DNA of 62,916 bases, counting the filler, from Craspedostauros australis (Eukaryota): NCBI GenBank assembly GCA_030167865.1. It is 12 parts of 12 records of this genome, joined end to end, with 100 filler letters (N's around TTAATTAATTAA, not from the genome) between each part and the next. Parts side by side here need not be neighbours in the genome. Positions count along the whole stretch, not along the records: positions 21,021 to 27,026 come from JALAGF010005287.1; positions 27,127 to 33,714 come from JALAGF010005288.1; positions 33,815 to 37,958 come from JALAGF010005290.1; positions 38,059 to 45,965 come from JALAGF010005291.1; 8 more parts are not named here. The stretch is one strand, 5' to 3'. The notes under the pieces were generated by a model. That model saw nothing but the letters and a program-made list of their open reading frames with translations. It did no database searches and was not told the DNA's origin. Shown piece by piece: positions 25,552 to 38,059 of the stretch. Position 1 is the stretch's first letter. Each line of letters opens with the position of its first letter. Both the position numbers and the translations under genes were made by a program.

Positions 25552-25971
25552 TTAATCCATTGCAGACCGCAGTTGGATGAAGTGATTCTTGTGGTCGTCG
25601 TAGATCTCCTTTTTGGTGTTCTTTGTGAAGCCGTCTGCGATGTTGTCTTCCGATCGCACGAATTTGGTTATGGCTTCTCCATTTTTGATGAGTTCACGTA
25701 TGAAGTGATGTCGGATGTCGATGTGCCTTGTCTTTGCGGAAGTCGATGGGTTGGAGGCGATGAAGATCGCTCCAACGTTGTCGACCATAACGTCCGCAGG
25801 TTTGTGCATCTTTAATCCGATGTCGCTCATCAGTTGCGTCACGAAGCGGATCTCTTTCCCTGCTTCGGACAGTGCGACGTACTCTGCTTCTGTCGAGCTG
25901 AGTGTTACGCTGCGTTGTGCCTTTGATCTCCATATGATCGGCACTCCTTGTAGTAGGACGACATGCCCTCC
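25552..25971 (-). mobile_element. pol: Ty1/Copia pol 3' fragment (RNase H)
   Basis: GGHVVLLQGVPIIWRSKAQRSVTLSSTEAEYVALSE...VDNVGAIFIASNP...TRHIDIRHHFIRE...NIADGFTK. Homology stops abruptly at about 25971. Confidence 0.92.
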
Positions 25972-26140
25972 TACAAGGCACGGGAATTTCGTTGAAACTG
26001 GTACTCAGAGACAAACCAGCAGTCCCGGATGCAATCGTGCGTCACGGGACACATGCTCGTGCCGATTCGGCCACACGAACAACAATGAAGGTGTCATACA
26101 AACGTTAAATATACGTTATGACGGTTATTTNGCGACCAAC

Positions 26141-27026
26141 TAGTTTCAACGATTCTCTATTAGTTTCAACAAGTCGGGGTTAGTTTCAACGGTTCTTGAT
26201 TAGTTTCAACAAGTCGGCGTTAGTTTCAACGGTTCTTGATTAGTTTCAACAAGTCGGCGTTAGTTTCAACGGTTCTTGATTAGTTTCAACAAGTCGGTGT
26301 TAGTTTCAACAAGTCAGCGATAGTTTCAACAGTTGCTCAGTAGTGATTGACTCGTGTTTGGATGATCCTGAGAGCATCGGTTGGTTGCGGGGCCAATCCG
26401 TGGCAAGTGACATCACTGGTTNNNNNNNNNNNNNNNNNNNNNNNNNNNNNNNNNNNNNNNNNNNNNNNNNNGATGATCCTGAGAGCATCGGTTGGTTGCG
26501 GGGCCAATCCGTGGCAAGTGACATCACTGGTTTCGGCTTTCGTCCGCATCCTGACGCCAAGAAAAGACTGTCACCAAGACACCCAACACAACAACACGAC
26601 AATGGGGAAACAAAACAAAACTCTGCAAGGATCGTCAAATGCCATGTACGGCATTGCAACAACCATCAACCCAATTCCAGATCCAAGCATGTCAACGGAA
26701 CCGCCATGGAAAGCTTGGTGGATGGGCAAGGGGGCGCTGTCAGAGCGGCTCGTTTGCGACAGCGGGAGCGAAAACAGCGAATGGCACAACAAGGTGGCTT
26801 TTCCGCCGTTGCCCTGTTGTGTGATGACATCGCCTCGATCAAATTACGTGCATCATTTTTCATCTGGAGTGTCACAAGGCTTCACGAATGAATCGTGACT
26901 GCTTTCAACGGCTCTCTATTAGTTTCAACGCCTCGCCGATAATTTCAACACCTCGCCGATAGTTTCAACGTTTCTTCATTAGTTTCAACGTTTCTTCATT
27001 AGTTTCAACGTTTCTTCATTAGTTTC
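26141..27026. repeat. Two arrays of TAGTTTCAAC at exact 20-bp spacing (10 copies at 26141-26330; about 7 copies at 26900-27026)
   Basis: A conserved 10-mer alternates with 10-bp variable linkers (aagtcggcgt, ggttcttgat, gtttcttcat). An inverted copy gttgaaact lies at about 25991. Confidence 0.9.
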
Positions 27027-27126
27027 NNNNNNNNNNNNNNNNNNNNNNNNNNNNNNNNNNNNNNNNNNNNTTAATTAATTAANNNNNNNNNNNNNNNNNN
27101 NNNNNNNNNNNNNNNNNNNNNNNNNN

Positions 27127-28730
27127 GGCCACCGACGGTATGGACGGAACAGACGACGTCGCCCTCGTGATGGTCGAGGAACCGATGTGGCTACCCGAAG
27201 ACGCCGCGGCGGACAACGCCGCATTCGTCGTGGTAGATGAAGACATGTGGATGCCCGCCAACGACGAAGAAGACGAAATCGGTCTCGTGATGACCGATGA
27301 ATCAATGTGGTTACCCGACGAAGACAAGTCGGTCAACAACGAAGAATTGGTGTGTTTCCCCACCNACGAGNTCGAAANCGACCCCGTTGAGGTCAAAAAT
27401 GTGACCAACCCAAGAATCGTGACAATCGACGAAATCACGAACATCAAGAAAAACCAAACAATCAACACCACCAAAATGGCGCACTACGAGTCGTTCATCA
27501 ACGACATGGCCCTCGCAACCACCGACGAAGACATGACCGGACTTGACCTCGAAGAAGAGGACGAGTACTCTGAAGAAGAACGAGAGGCCCACACCCCAAG
27601 TGTGTACGGATACTACGGGCCCCCAGTTGCTGCAGTCGAGACCATCAACCGCGAGCAATTCCCATCAAGCGATGAAGACGACTACACCGACGAAGACAAT
27701 CTCTTCGAAGGGATCGTCTACGAGGATGAACCCCTCANNNNNNNNNNNNNNNNNNNNNNNNNNNNNNNNNNNNNNNNNNNNNNNNNNNNNNNNNNNNNNN
27801 NNNNNNNNNNNNNNNNNNNNNNNNNNNNNNNNNNNNNNNNNNNNNNNNNNNNNNNNNNNNNNNNNNNNNNNNNNNNNNNNNNNNNNNNNNNNNNNNNNTT
27901 TCAGCGCGGCCCTCTCTACGCCATGTGCAAGACCTGCCGTAACTCGCCGTTCCTCATCCAACTGGCAAACCCCCCTGCAAGGGCGGTGCCAACGACGATC
28001 CAAGACATCATGACGCGCCGCCAGAAGCTCTGGACTGCAGGACCCCTGCACGTCGCAATGAGATACTCTCTCAGCAACNNNNNNNNNNNNNNNNNNNNNN
28101 NNNNNNNNNNNNNNNNNNNNNNNNNNNNNNNNNNNNNNNNNNNNNNNNNNNNNNNNNNNNNNNNNNNNNNNNNNNNNNNNNNNNNNNNNNNNNNNNNNNN
28201 NNNNNNNNNNNNNNNNNNNNNNNNNNNNNNNNNNNNNNNNNNNNNNNNNNNNNNNNNNNNNNNNNNNNNNNNNNNNNNNNNNNNNNNNNNNNNNNNNNNN
28301 NNNNNNNNNNNNNNNNNNNNNNNNNNNNNNNNNNNNNNNNNNNNNNNNNNNNNNNNNNCCACAGAGGGCTCATCGACAGCCTGGTTCAGCATGCCGCAGA
28401 GATGCTGATGTGGATGCATCATCCAAGTGACCAAGGAGTCCGCGACCCAGAGGAGTTCAACCAACTCCCCATCTACCGAGCGGCCGATGCTCAACCAGAC
28501 ATGGCCATGGTGATCGGCGACCACCAAGACGCTCAACCAGACATGGCCATGGTGATCGGTGACCTCGACGATGCAAGCGCACTCCGCCACACCATCGCCN
28601 NNNNNNNNNNNNNNNNNNNNNNNNNNNNNNNNNNNNNNNNNNNNNNNNNAGCGCACTCCGCCACACCATCGCCCCCGACCACCACGAAGCAAACACTTGG
28701 CTGGGTGATTCCGGTGCCTCATGCCACCTC
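27127..28730 (+). CDS. Gapped acidic ORF of unknown function, possibly retroelement-derived
   Basis: Open frames between N gaps. Internal repeats VALVMVEEPMWLPED / AFVVVDEDMWMPAND / IGLVMTDESMWLPDED and 2x DAQPDMAMVIGD. A CxxC (MCKTCRN) is present. Lies on the same scaffold as a Copia pol. Confidence 0.35.
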
Positions 28731-29517
28731 ACCTGATAGAACGATATTGGAAACGAGGGTAACTTACTGTACGCCGAAGGGTGATCAAGCTGTGGTAGTG
28801 CAGTATGTTGATGAGTTTGTGTGTGTGAGTGTGTTTCTTAGTCTTAAAGCTGTACGAATCCAAATGAGACTTTCAAAAGGATTGTGAGCAGGTGATGAGC
28901 AGCATCCATTAGAGCTGGATCTGCATCATCTCTATTAGTAGTGGTATAGTGGAGCGTTGAGTCTCCCACGTGCAATCATCGCGGTGCCGATGTTGCCATT
29001 CGAGAGAGGAGACATCAATTTCGTGATGGTCGGAGAGAGAGTTTGTTGTTCACTCTCTTCCGATCAATTTGGGGGACTTTGTTCATCCAACGGTTTGATC
29101 TGCTTGTCCATCCAGGACAGGTCATGTCACGCCCATAAGTGGCGTGGGATNNNNNNNNNNNNNNNNNNNNNNNNNNNNNNNNNNNNNNNNNNNNNNNNNN
29201 AGAGAGTTTGTTGTTCACTCTCTTCCGATCGATTTGGGGGACTTTGTTCATCCAACGGTTTGATCTGCTTGTCCATCCAGGACAACCCATGTCACGCCCA
29301 TAAGTGGCGTGGGATGGCGTGATCGCCCAAACCCAAATTCAGCGGACACGCGACATCGTCTTAAGTAGAGCACGATTCGAGGGGAGAGACCCCGTGGGAC
29401 CCCATCCCACCGACATCGAGTCACGCTTCAATCCCGCTCAAACATTCTGAGCAGTCGGGCATTTGACTAACTAGACTAAATCTTAACACGACTAATGGGA
29501 ATACTAGTTTGAGCTAA

Positions 29518-32500
29518 TATCCCGCCACTGGCCTCACACCTTACGATGTTCTGTCACGCATCCGTCTTCCCCTCAAGCAACTTCATAACCTGCACGTATG
29601 GGGCAGTCCAGTCTATGTCCTTAACAAAGCACTGGCCGATGGGCGCAAGATACCCCGATGGGAACCAAGAGGAGAGAGATACGTGAACATGGGTCTCTCT
29701 ACGAAGCATGCTTCAACCGTACCTCTGGTCCTATCACCACGGACAGGTTCAATCACACCTCAGTTCCATGTTGTGTTCGATGACTGGTTCGCAACGATTG
29801 CTACCGACTTGAAGCAACTTCCAAGCTATCAATCGGAAGAATGGACTCGCATGTTCGGTGACACCACCTTTCAATATCCATTCGATGACGACGATGTGGA
29901 ATCAATGGAACAGGACGACATCTTCGCGTCAGACACGCGAGACCACAACCGGTTACAACGCAACGACGATCATACTCCACCACCGAGAATTGATATGCGA
30001 AACCGACAAATCATCCGTGAAAGAGCGCCACAGGTATTGGCGAAAGAGTCGCAGCCACTGACACAACAGATCCCGGATCTCATGAGTGAAACTCTCGCCC
30101 CTCCGATGCCAGTCTCAGAGGGAGCCAACAGGCAAATGTCTTCGACAGAGGGAGCTGCCAATGAGTCTCCGGTATCTGATCCTACTATAGAGTCACCGGA
30201 CCAGCGAACACTTCAACCGCAATTGAGTTCACCTCTCCAAGAGTCGCCAATTTCAGAACCGGCAACTCCATTACCACCTCCAGCTCCGACGCCAATGGAT
30301 ACCAGCTCCACACCACCCATGATGCCTAAGTCTGAGCCAACGCCAACAAGGCTTCGAAGCACGAGAAATCGCAAACAACCAAAGCGATTCACGTACGCGC
30401 GTATGGGAGGCAAAGCAGCCTGGTTGGACGACGAAGATACCGACGATTACTACTTTTGCCCCGCAGTAGCTACCTTGGAAGAAATTGAACAGGCAGCAAT
30501 ACCCAGGGAGTTGCACCCCGATTCGTCATCGATCATCACATTCTCACAAGCTGTCGTCGATTGCTTACACACCATCGAACCTCTCCAACGCGAAGGCAGC
30601 GACTCTCTCTCCATCGATCTACACCAATTCAAGGTGGATGCTCACTACTTGTTGCGCAGACTTCGAGTTCGATTCAATACGTTGAATCCACAACCAACCA
30701 ACATCGTTCTTCCAACATTCGCCCCAAAGCCGGCTGAAGCAGAAGAAGCAAGCATCAACATGGCCGACTGGTGGCAACCGGACCCCGACGACATGACCGA
30801 GGAAGGAGCGACTCCATTTCAGGAGACGTACAACAACTTCCACTCGGACATGGAAGATCACTTCGAGAAAGACCTCAACAGCGTCTTTCTCAACGAAGAT
30901 CTCCTCCGACTGGTCACTGACCACGCAGTTGAGCAGTTCGTGGAGAAGCTGAGTACCTTCATCAGGACAGGCACGATGGAACCCCGCTTCGACGCTCTCG
31001 ATTTCATGTCCAAGGCCAAATCAGGACCATGGTACTACCAAGATCCCGAGCACCTGATGAACCAAGGTTACCTACCACCCAAATCTGCGTACAGCGCAGA
31101 AGCGTTCGTCCAAAGAACTCGCTCCGTGTGGAACGCGATGATCGAGAATCATCACTACCGTCTCGCATTCGAGCTACTCCGTCGCCAGGTGACGACAATC
31201 CGACCAGGACCGTGGATACGTCCAAGCGAATATGAGATTGAGCAATTCGTCCAAGGCATGATTGAGTCGAACACGGCGCCACTCACATCGGCCCCAGCGA
31301 CTCGCTCTCCCAACCAAGGATTCACGCTCGGCATCAACCCGTCATTCATCCTCGACACAGCGAAGTGCATTCCACCAACCACATGGGCGAACATCGAGCA
31401 GCATGCCTACTCTGTCGCAATCATCGAGCCACAGAGGGATGCAACAAACTTCCCCACCTACGTCGATAATCGCATGATCAGCTACTTCGCCGCAGGCGGC
31501 GACTTGGATATCGCCGAACGCACTTCGGTGTACAAGGCATCCAACACCGACCCAGACACCCTTTCCTTCGACGAAGCCATTCGCGATGACAACAAGGACG
31601 AGTGGATGAAAGTCGCCGAAAAGGAGATCCGGGATCTCACGGAAAAGGGAACGTGGGAGGAAGTGAAGAAGATCGACGTCAGAAACGATCGCATCTTTCC
31701 GGGAACCTGGGTCTTTCGCCGTAAGCGCCTTCCTGATGGAACCATCAAGAAGTACAAGGGACGCTGGTGTTGCCGTGGAGACCTCATGAATGAGGACGCC
31801 TCCACCTATGCACCAGTCGTCGCTTGGTCATCCGTCCGCATCTTCCTCAGCACTTCCATCGTCATGGGCTGGGCAACAACGTCCATCGATTTCACGAACG
31901 CTTTCGTGCAAGCATCCATCCACAAGCCCGTGTACCTTCATCTCCCTCGCGGATTCAAGTCAATGAAGGGCCCCGACACCTGCCTCAAGCTCCGCAAGAG
32001 CCTGTACGGCCTGACGATTGCTCCTCGCCTCTGGTACGAACACTTGATTCGAGCTCTCACTACGATCGGCTTCAAGGCCTGCGACCAAGAGCAGTGCTTG
32101 TTCATCAAACAAGACATCATGATCGTCCTCTACGTTGACGATGCGGGCATCGCCTCCAAGACCAAGCAAGCCGCCGACGACTTCATCAAGTCAATGCGCG
32201 ACCTCGGCTTCGAGCTCACCCAAGAAGGAAGCTTCAACGAGTTCCTGGGAATCGAGCTCAGCCGCGACCCAAAGGCAGACACGGTCCATCTCCGCCAGCC
32301 AGGATTGATCAAGAAGATCCTCGCTACGACGAAGATGGCGAACTGCAGCCCGTGCCCCGTACCAACTACGCAGCTCGCACTTGGACAATGCAAGGATGAG
32401 CCACCCATGAACGAACCATGGAACTATCGCTCCGTCGTCGGCATGTTGCTGTATCTCACGACCAACACTCGCCCTGACCTAGCGTTCGCAGTCTCCCAAG

Positions 32501-33166
32501 TCGCTCGCTTCGGAAGCGACCCTCGCCGCTCACACGCTAAGGCCATCAAGCGCATCATGCGCTACCTCAAGCACACTGAGGACAAGGGCACCATCGTGCG
32601 TCCCACTGGGCAGCTTGATCTCAAGTGCTACGTGGATGCAGACTTCGCAGGGCTCTACGGACGAGAAGACAGCAAAGACCCCGTCTCCGTCAAGTCGCGC
32701 ACCGGCTACCTCATCACATTGGGAGGGTGCCCCCTCATTTGGAAGTCCAAACTCCAAACTGAGATTGCTCTATCTACGATGGAGTCCGAGTACGCCGCTC
32801 TCTCTCTCTCGCAATGCGCACGCTGATTCCCATCCAACAGCTCATCCGCCAAGTCATCAACAACGCAGGCACCACCATGCCGCTGCACACCAACCTCCAG
32901 TGCACTGTTTTTGAGGACAACCAAGCTTGCATTTCCCTCGCCACCAATCATCAACCAACCGTGCGCACCAAACACTTCCTGACTAAGTGGCACTTCTTTT
33001 GGTACTGGGTCAAGGCAGGGTTCATCTACATCCAGCACATCGCAACACCNNNNNNNNNNNNNNNNNNNNNNNNNNNNNNNNNNNNNNNNNNNNNNNNNNC
33101 ATCTTCACCAAAGGATTGTCCATCGCAGTCTTCGAATACCTACGATTCAAGATCATGGGTTGGTAA
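29518..33166 (+). mobile_element. pol: Ty1/Copia (diatom CoDi-like) pol: integrase C-terminal part, long linker, RT, RNase H; 5'-truncated and frameshifted
   Basis: HVWGSPVYVL..KIPRWEPR..SITPQFHVVFDDWF, GTWVFRRKRLPDGTIKKYKGRWCCRGD, IDFTNAFVQA, KSLYGL, LYVDD, CYVDADFAG, IALSTMESEY. After a shift at about 32810: VFEDNQACISLA..RTKH..IFTKGL..IMGW*. Confidence 0.95.
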
Positions 33167-33240
33167 CAACCAACAACAACAAATAACAACGAAGGATGAA
33201 GTTTTCATCGATACCACAACCCCAATCACGACCCAACACT

Positions 33241-33520
33241 GAGAGGGAGAGTTGAGATTCAATGAGGGACAGACTATTACCGAACACGGTATCAACCCGA
33301 TGGGAGAAATTCNNNNNNNNNNNNNNNNNNNNNNNNNNNNNNNNNNNNNNNNNNNNNNNNNNNNNNNNNNNNNNNNNNNNNNNNNNNNNNNNNNNNNNNN
33401 NNNNNNNNNNNNNNNNNNNNNNNNNNNNNNNTGGGAACTATATGCTCTTCAGATCCTCCTTACTACAACATACCTCGATTCCTTCATGCTGATGACCACC
33501 ACACTACCACCGTGGTCTCA
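33241..33520 (+). mobile_element. Polypurine tract and candidate 3' LTR of the Copia element
   Basis: GAGAGGGAGAG at 33241-33251 is followed by TGAGA (33253) ... TCTCA (33520) inverted termini. The candidate LTR contains an N gap. Confidence 0.55.
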
Positions 33521-34293
33521 ACTTGCGTATCCAACTTGCTTCAACTCAAGCAATGGAATCCGAGGGTCAGCTTCAACCACAGCCACTGCTTCATGATCGT
33601 CACCACTGATTGTCATGACCTACACTGCAGTGTAACTACATGTGCGGAGAGCAAAGCACTGTAATGATTGTCTACTCTGTTGCACTGAATCAAGTGCATC
33701 AGTGCAGGGTCTCGNNNNNNNNNNNNNNNNNNNNNNNNNNNNNNNNNNNNNNNNNNNNTTAATTAATTAANNNNNNNNNNNNNNNNNNNNNNNNNNNNNN
33801 NNNNNNNNNNNNNNTGAGTTGGAAGGGCAGGAGGGAGGAGGCAGTGTCGATTGGTGGTCTTGTCAACGAGTTTCTGAATGGTTGTGTTCAGAGTAGAGTG
33901 TGGATTGCCACACACAAGAAACCAACGCTCCTCCTCGTTGCCAACAACGCAAGTAGATCACGTATCAAAGTACTCAATTTTTGGCATTATCGTCCGTATT
34001 TTTGAGCGGTGGCTGCTGTTTGGACAGAAAGCAACATGAAGAGACAAGAATCATGCATTGATTGGCACACACAAGTTACAAAAAGAGAGAGATCCGGACA
34101 GTCAATCAATAATTTTTGTTCAGATTGGGCAAAAACGCGAAAACCAATGTTGGTACCATGAAGAAACAAATAGTTTGATGAAACGGTGTGGGCGACAGGA
34201 AAGGAAGAAAGCGAATCGTGACGTCACGTGGGCATTGGAAAGACCCTAATCCTCACGACAGTGACTGTCTCCATTGTGACCAGACCAGTCTCT

Positions 34294-34447
34294 ATTGCGG
34301 GGCTCCCCCTGGCATTGAGTCATCCTGGTGTGTCTCAGTACCCAAGTTCTGGGGCCACTCGAACCCCTCCATTGCGGGGCTCCCCCTGGCATTGAGTCAT
34401 CCTGGCGTGTCTCAGTACCCAAGTTCTGGGGCCACGCGAACCCCTCC
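34294..34447. repeat. 77-bp direct tandem duplication
   Basis: attgcggggctccccctggcattgagtcatcctgg...gaacccctcc occurs at 34294 and 34371 with about 2 mismatches. Confidence 0.9.
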
Positions 34448-35191
34448 ACTACACGACTTCGCTGAATGGGGTCATATGACTTCAGAACATCTTTGATTAT
34501 CCATAAAACTTAAAACAGGCTCTAAATAAAAAATCGATCGGTTAATTACTAGTATTAGACCTTCGAGGACTGCGAATATGTGCTTGGTTTGGATATCCAA
34601 CATAAAACTTGTAGAGCCCAATAAAAACATGCAGGTCGACTCACAAAGGGGGCTCATGATCAATCAGTTTCCCTTCGATTCCATGCCTTTCCCCGCGAGT
34701 AGAGTTTGGTCATTTGTGGAGACGGGTTGGGTTAAATGAATTTGCTGGTTCTTTGCGAGAAAATGACCCCCACTTTTACAAATGACCGGAGACTGTGTGT
34801 CATGTGTTGCATGCACTGGCGCCAGCAGGACCCCTTTGGTTTTTGATCTGGTCGTGGAATCACCGCTGTTGCATTCGCCACCGAAATCTACTCGTGGTTG
34901 TTGGGGGAAGAGCCGAGGATTACCTCTCCATCGAAAGGTGGTGAGGCCTCCGGATTGAGCTCTTCACATTTGCTTCTGCCGTTGCCTCTGGATTGAGCTC
35001 TTCACACTTGCTTCTGCTGTTGCCGCGGTTGTTTGGACTTCAACCACGAAGATTGGCTGGAGAGGTGTCTCAAACGCGCAACAAAACACAAATCAAATGC
35101 ATGCCGACATAAACGAACAAACTCACAAACTCGCAAAACTAACGAAACAAACACAGCATAACCATCCTCCCACAGAAAGTGTTTCGTCACC

Positions 35192-37958
35192 ATGGATAAC
35201 GAACCCCATTGTTTGGACCCGAAGATCTCCATGACTGTGCAAGCACAGCGCAGTGTTGTCTCTGTCAACGACATCGAAGCTGGCACCACCAAGGCCAACA
35301 CCAACACCCCTGAGCACGAGACCATCCACAAGTCCATCCAAACCAAGTCCTTCATCAACCACATCAAGTACATCGTCGAGCTCAATTCCGACACCGTCTT
35401 CTCCACTTGGTACAACGACAAGGGAAAGCCAATCAACAACTACACCTTCCAGCAGCTCTGGGATGAAGCAGGACACTGCGCCCACCTTCTTCGCAACAAA
35501 TGGGGCGTCAAGAAAGATGACCGTGTCGTCCTCTGCTACGACTTCGGACTCCACTTCTTCGCTGTGTTCGTGGGATGTCTCCGTGCCGGAGTGACAGCTG
35601 TCCTGGTCTACCCTCCCGGACCGCCGCTCGTCAAGTCGCTCACCAAGATGAACAAGGTCATCGAGGATTGCGCCCCGGCAATCATCCTCACCCAAACATC
35701 CATCAACCTGCTCCGCGCCGCCGATCGCGCCAACCCAGCATCCAAGAGCCGCGCCATGTGGCCGAGCGGTGTTAAGTACCAAGTCACCGACCGCATCATC
35801 CGTCACGATCCATCCATCGCCGATAAGAGCAAGAACAACAACAGCAACAATAACTCCATGCAGGCAAAGAAGGGCTTCCTTTCCAGCCTCATCTCTGGCC
35901 GCTCGTCGTCGTCACCGTCACCTTCCTTCGATGAGCCAAACATTGAAGGGTCGGATCTGGCGTTCCTTCAGTACACGTCTGGCAGTACCGGCAACCCCAA
36001 GGGCGTCATGGTGACCCACGACGCCCTGAGANNNNNNNNNNNNNNNNNNNNNNNNNNNNNNNNNNNNNNNNNNNNNNNNNNCAACACCCCTGAGCACGAG
36101 ACCATCCACAAGTCCATCCAAACCAAGTCCTTCATCAACCACATCAAGTACATCGTCGAGCTCAAGTCCGACACCGTCTTCTCCACCTGGTACAACGACA
36201 AGGGAAAGCCAATCAACAACTACACCTTCCAACAGCTCTGGGATGAAGCAGGACACTGCGCCCACCTCCTTCGCAACAAATGGGGTGTGAAGAAAGATGA
36301 CCGTGTCGTCCTCTGCTACGACTTCGGACTCCACTTCTTCGCCATGTTCCTGGGATGCCTCCGTGCGGGAGTGACAGCCGTGTTGGTCTACCCTCCTGGA
36401 CCGCCGCTCGTCAAGTCGCTCACCAAGATGAACAAGGTCATCGAGGATTGNGCNCCGGCANTCATCCTCACCCAAACATCCATCAACCTGCTCCGCGCCG
36501 CCGATCGCGCCAACCCAGCATCCAAGAGCCGCGCCATGTGGCCGAGCGGTGTCAAGTACCAAGTCACTGACCGCATCATCCGTCACGATCCGTTCATCAC
36601 CAACAAGAACAGCAACAGCAACAGCAACCCCAAGCAAGCCAAGAAGGGCTTCCTTTCCAGCCTCATCTCTGGCCGCTCGTCGTCGTCACCGTCACCTTCC
36701 TTCGATGAGCCAAACATTGAGGGGTCGGATCTGGCGTTCCTTCAGTACACGTCTGGCAGTACCGGCAACCCCAAGGGCGTCATGGTGACCCACGACGCCC
36801 TGAGAGCCAACATTGANCTGTTTCACAGCAGTTTCCTCACATGCTTTGAAAAAGGTGCAAACGAGATGCAAATCCTGGAGCGATTTACCACCTTTTCATG
36901 GTTGCCTCAGTACCACGACATGGGCCTCATTCAGATGGTGATTGTGCCACTGGCATCGAATTCTCGAGTCCACATGATATCCCCTGTCACATTCATCCGC
37001 AACCCGTTGCTCTGGGTGGACCTCATGTCCCAGCACAAGTGCCATTTCAGCGCCGCCCCTGACTTTGCGTATCGTCTGGTCGTCCGCAAATTCAACGAAG
37101 CCAACAAACAAGCCAACAGAAAGGCTAATTNCATCCCCAANCTGGACCTCNCAAGTGTCCTTCATCTCCAGAATGCCGCAGAGCCAATCCGACTTGACAC
37201 GAAAAAGGAGTTCGCCGACGNATTCTGCCCATACGGTCTGCGCAAGGACTGGTTCCTTGCAGCGTACGGACTAGCTGAGAACGTCGTTGGCACCTGCTAC
37301 AATCACGACTTCTATCTCTCAACCGTCCGCGAAGGTGAAGATCTCCACCCGTTTGTGGCTATCGCCGAACGCAGCAATCTACACAGCTCCATCGATATCA
37401 TCATCGTGGACCCGGACACCTGCGTCCAACGTCCAGACAACGTCACGGGAGAGATCTGGGTCGCCGGGGCCTCTGTGACAGCCGGATATTACAACCAACC
37501 CNAGCTCACCGCCGAANCCTTCCAAGCTACACTCCAAGGCGATGCATCNTCCGATGCTGACAGCAAGATGTACTTGCGCACAGGTGACTACGGATTCTAC
37601 CAAGATGACTACCTCTACATCTGCGGCCGCAAGAAGGACATCATCATCGTCAACGGTGTCAACTACTACCCGCAAGACATCGAGCAGGCCGTCGAGGAGG
37701 CATCATCCGCTGTCCGTCCAGGCTGCGTCGCTGCCTTCTCGTCCGACGATTCGGGAAATGACGGACAGCTCGAGATCGTCTTTGAGATTCGAGCGAGCCG
37801 TGCGGAGGATGCAGGATCGGTGAGTCGGGAGGTCAGAAAGGCCGTGATCGAACACATCGGGTTGACACCAGCAACAATCGCAGCCGTCAAAGAACGCACC
37901 ATCTCCAAAACAACAAGCGGGAAGATCCAGAGACGCCAAAATCGACAACGCCTGCATG
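35192..37958 (+). CDS. Fatty acyl-AMP ligase (FAAL)-type adenylation enzyme, 3'-truncated by scaffold end; N-terminal ~730 bp present twice across a gap
   Basis: [103 protein letters not shown] and KTTSGKIQR. Confidence 0.9.
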
Positions 37959-38059
37959 NNNNNNNNNNNNNNNNNNNNNNNNNNNNNNNNNNNNNNNNNN
38001 NNTTAATTAATTAANNNNNNNNNNNNNNNNNNNNNNNNNNNNNNNNNNNNNNNNNNNNT

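Noticed and set aside
26141..26330. CRISPR-like appearance (GTTTCAAC repeats with spacers)
   Set aside because: The repeat is only 10 bp, the 10-bp spacers recur, there are no cas genes, and the context is eukaryotic.
35302..36806. Apparent tandem duplication of the FAAL N-terminal domain in the 940-aa ORF
   Set aside because: The copies flank a 50-N gap, like the duplications at about 18100, 26440, 29170, 42130 and 58290. These are best explained as unmerged contig overlaps or haplotypes.
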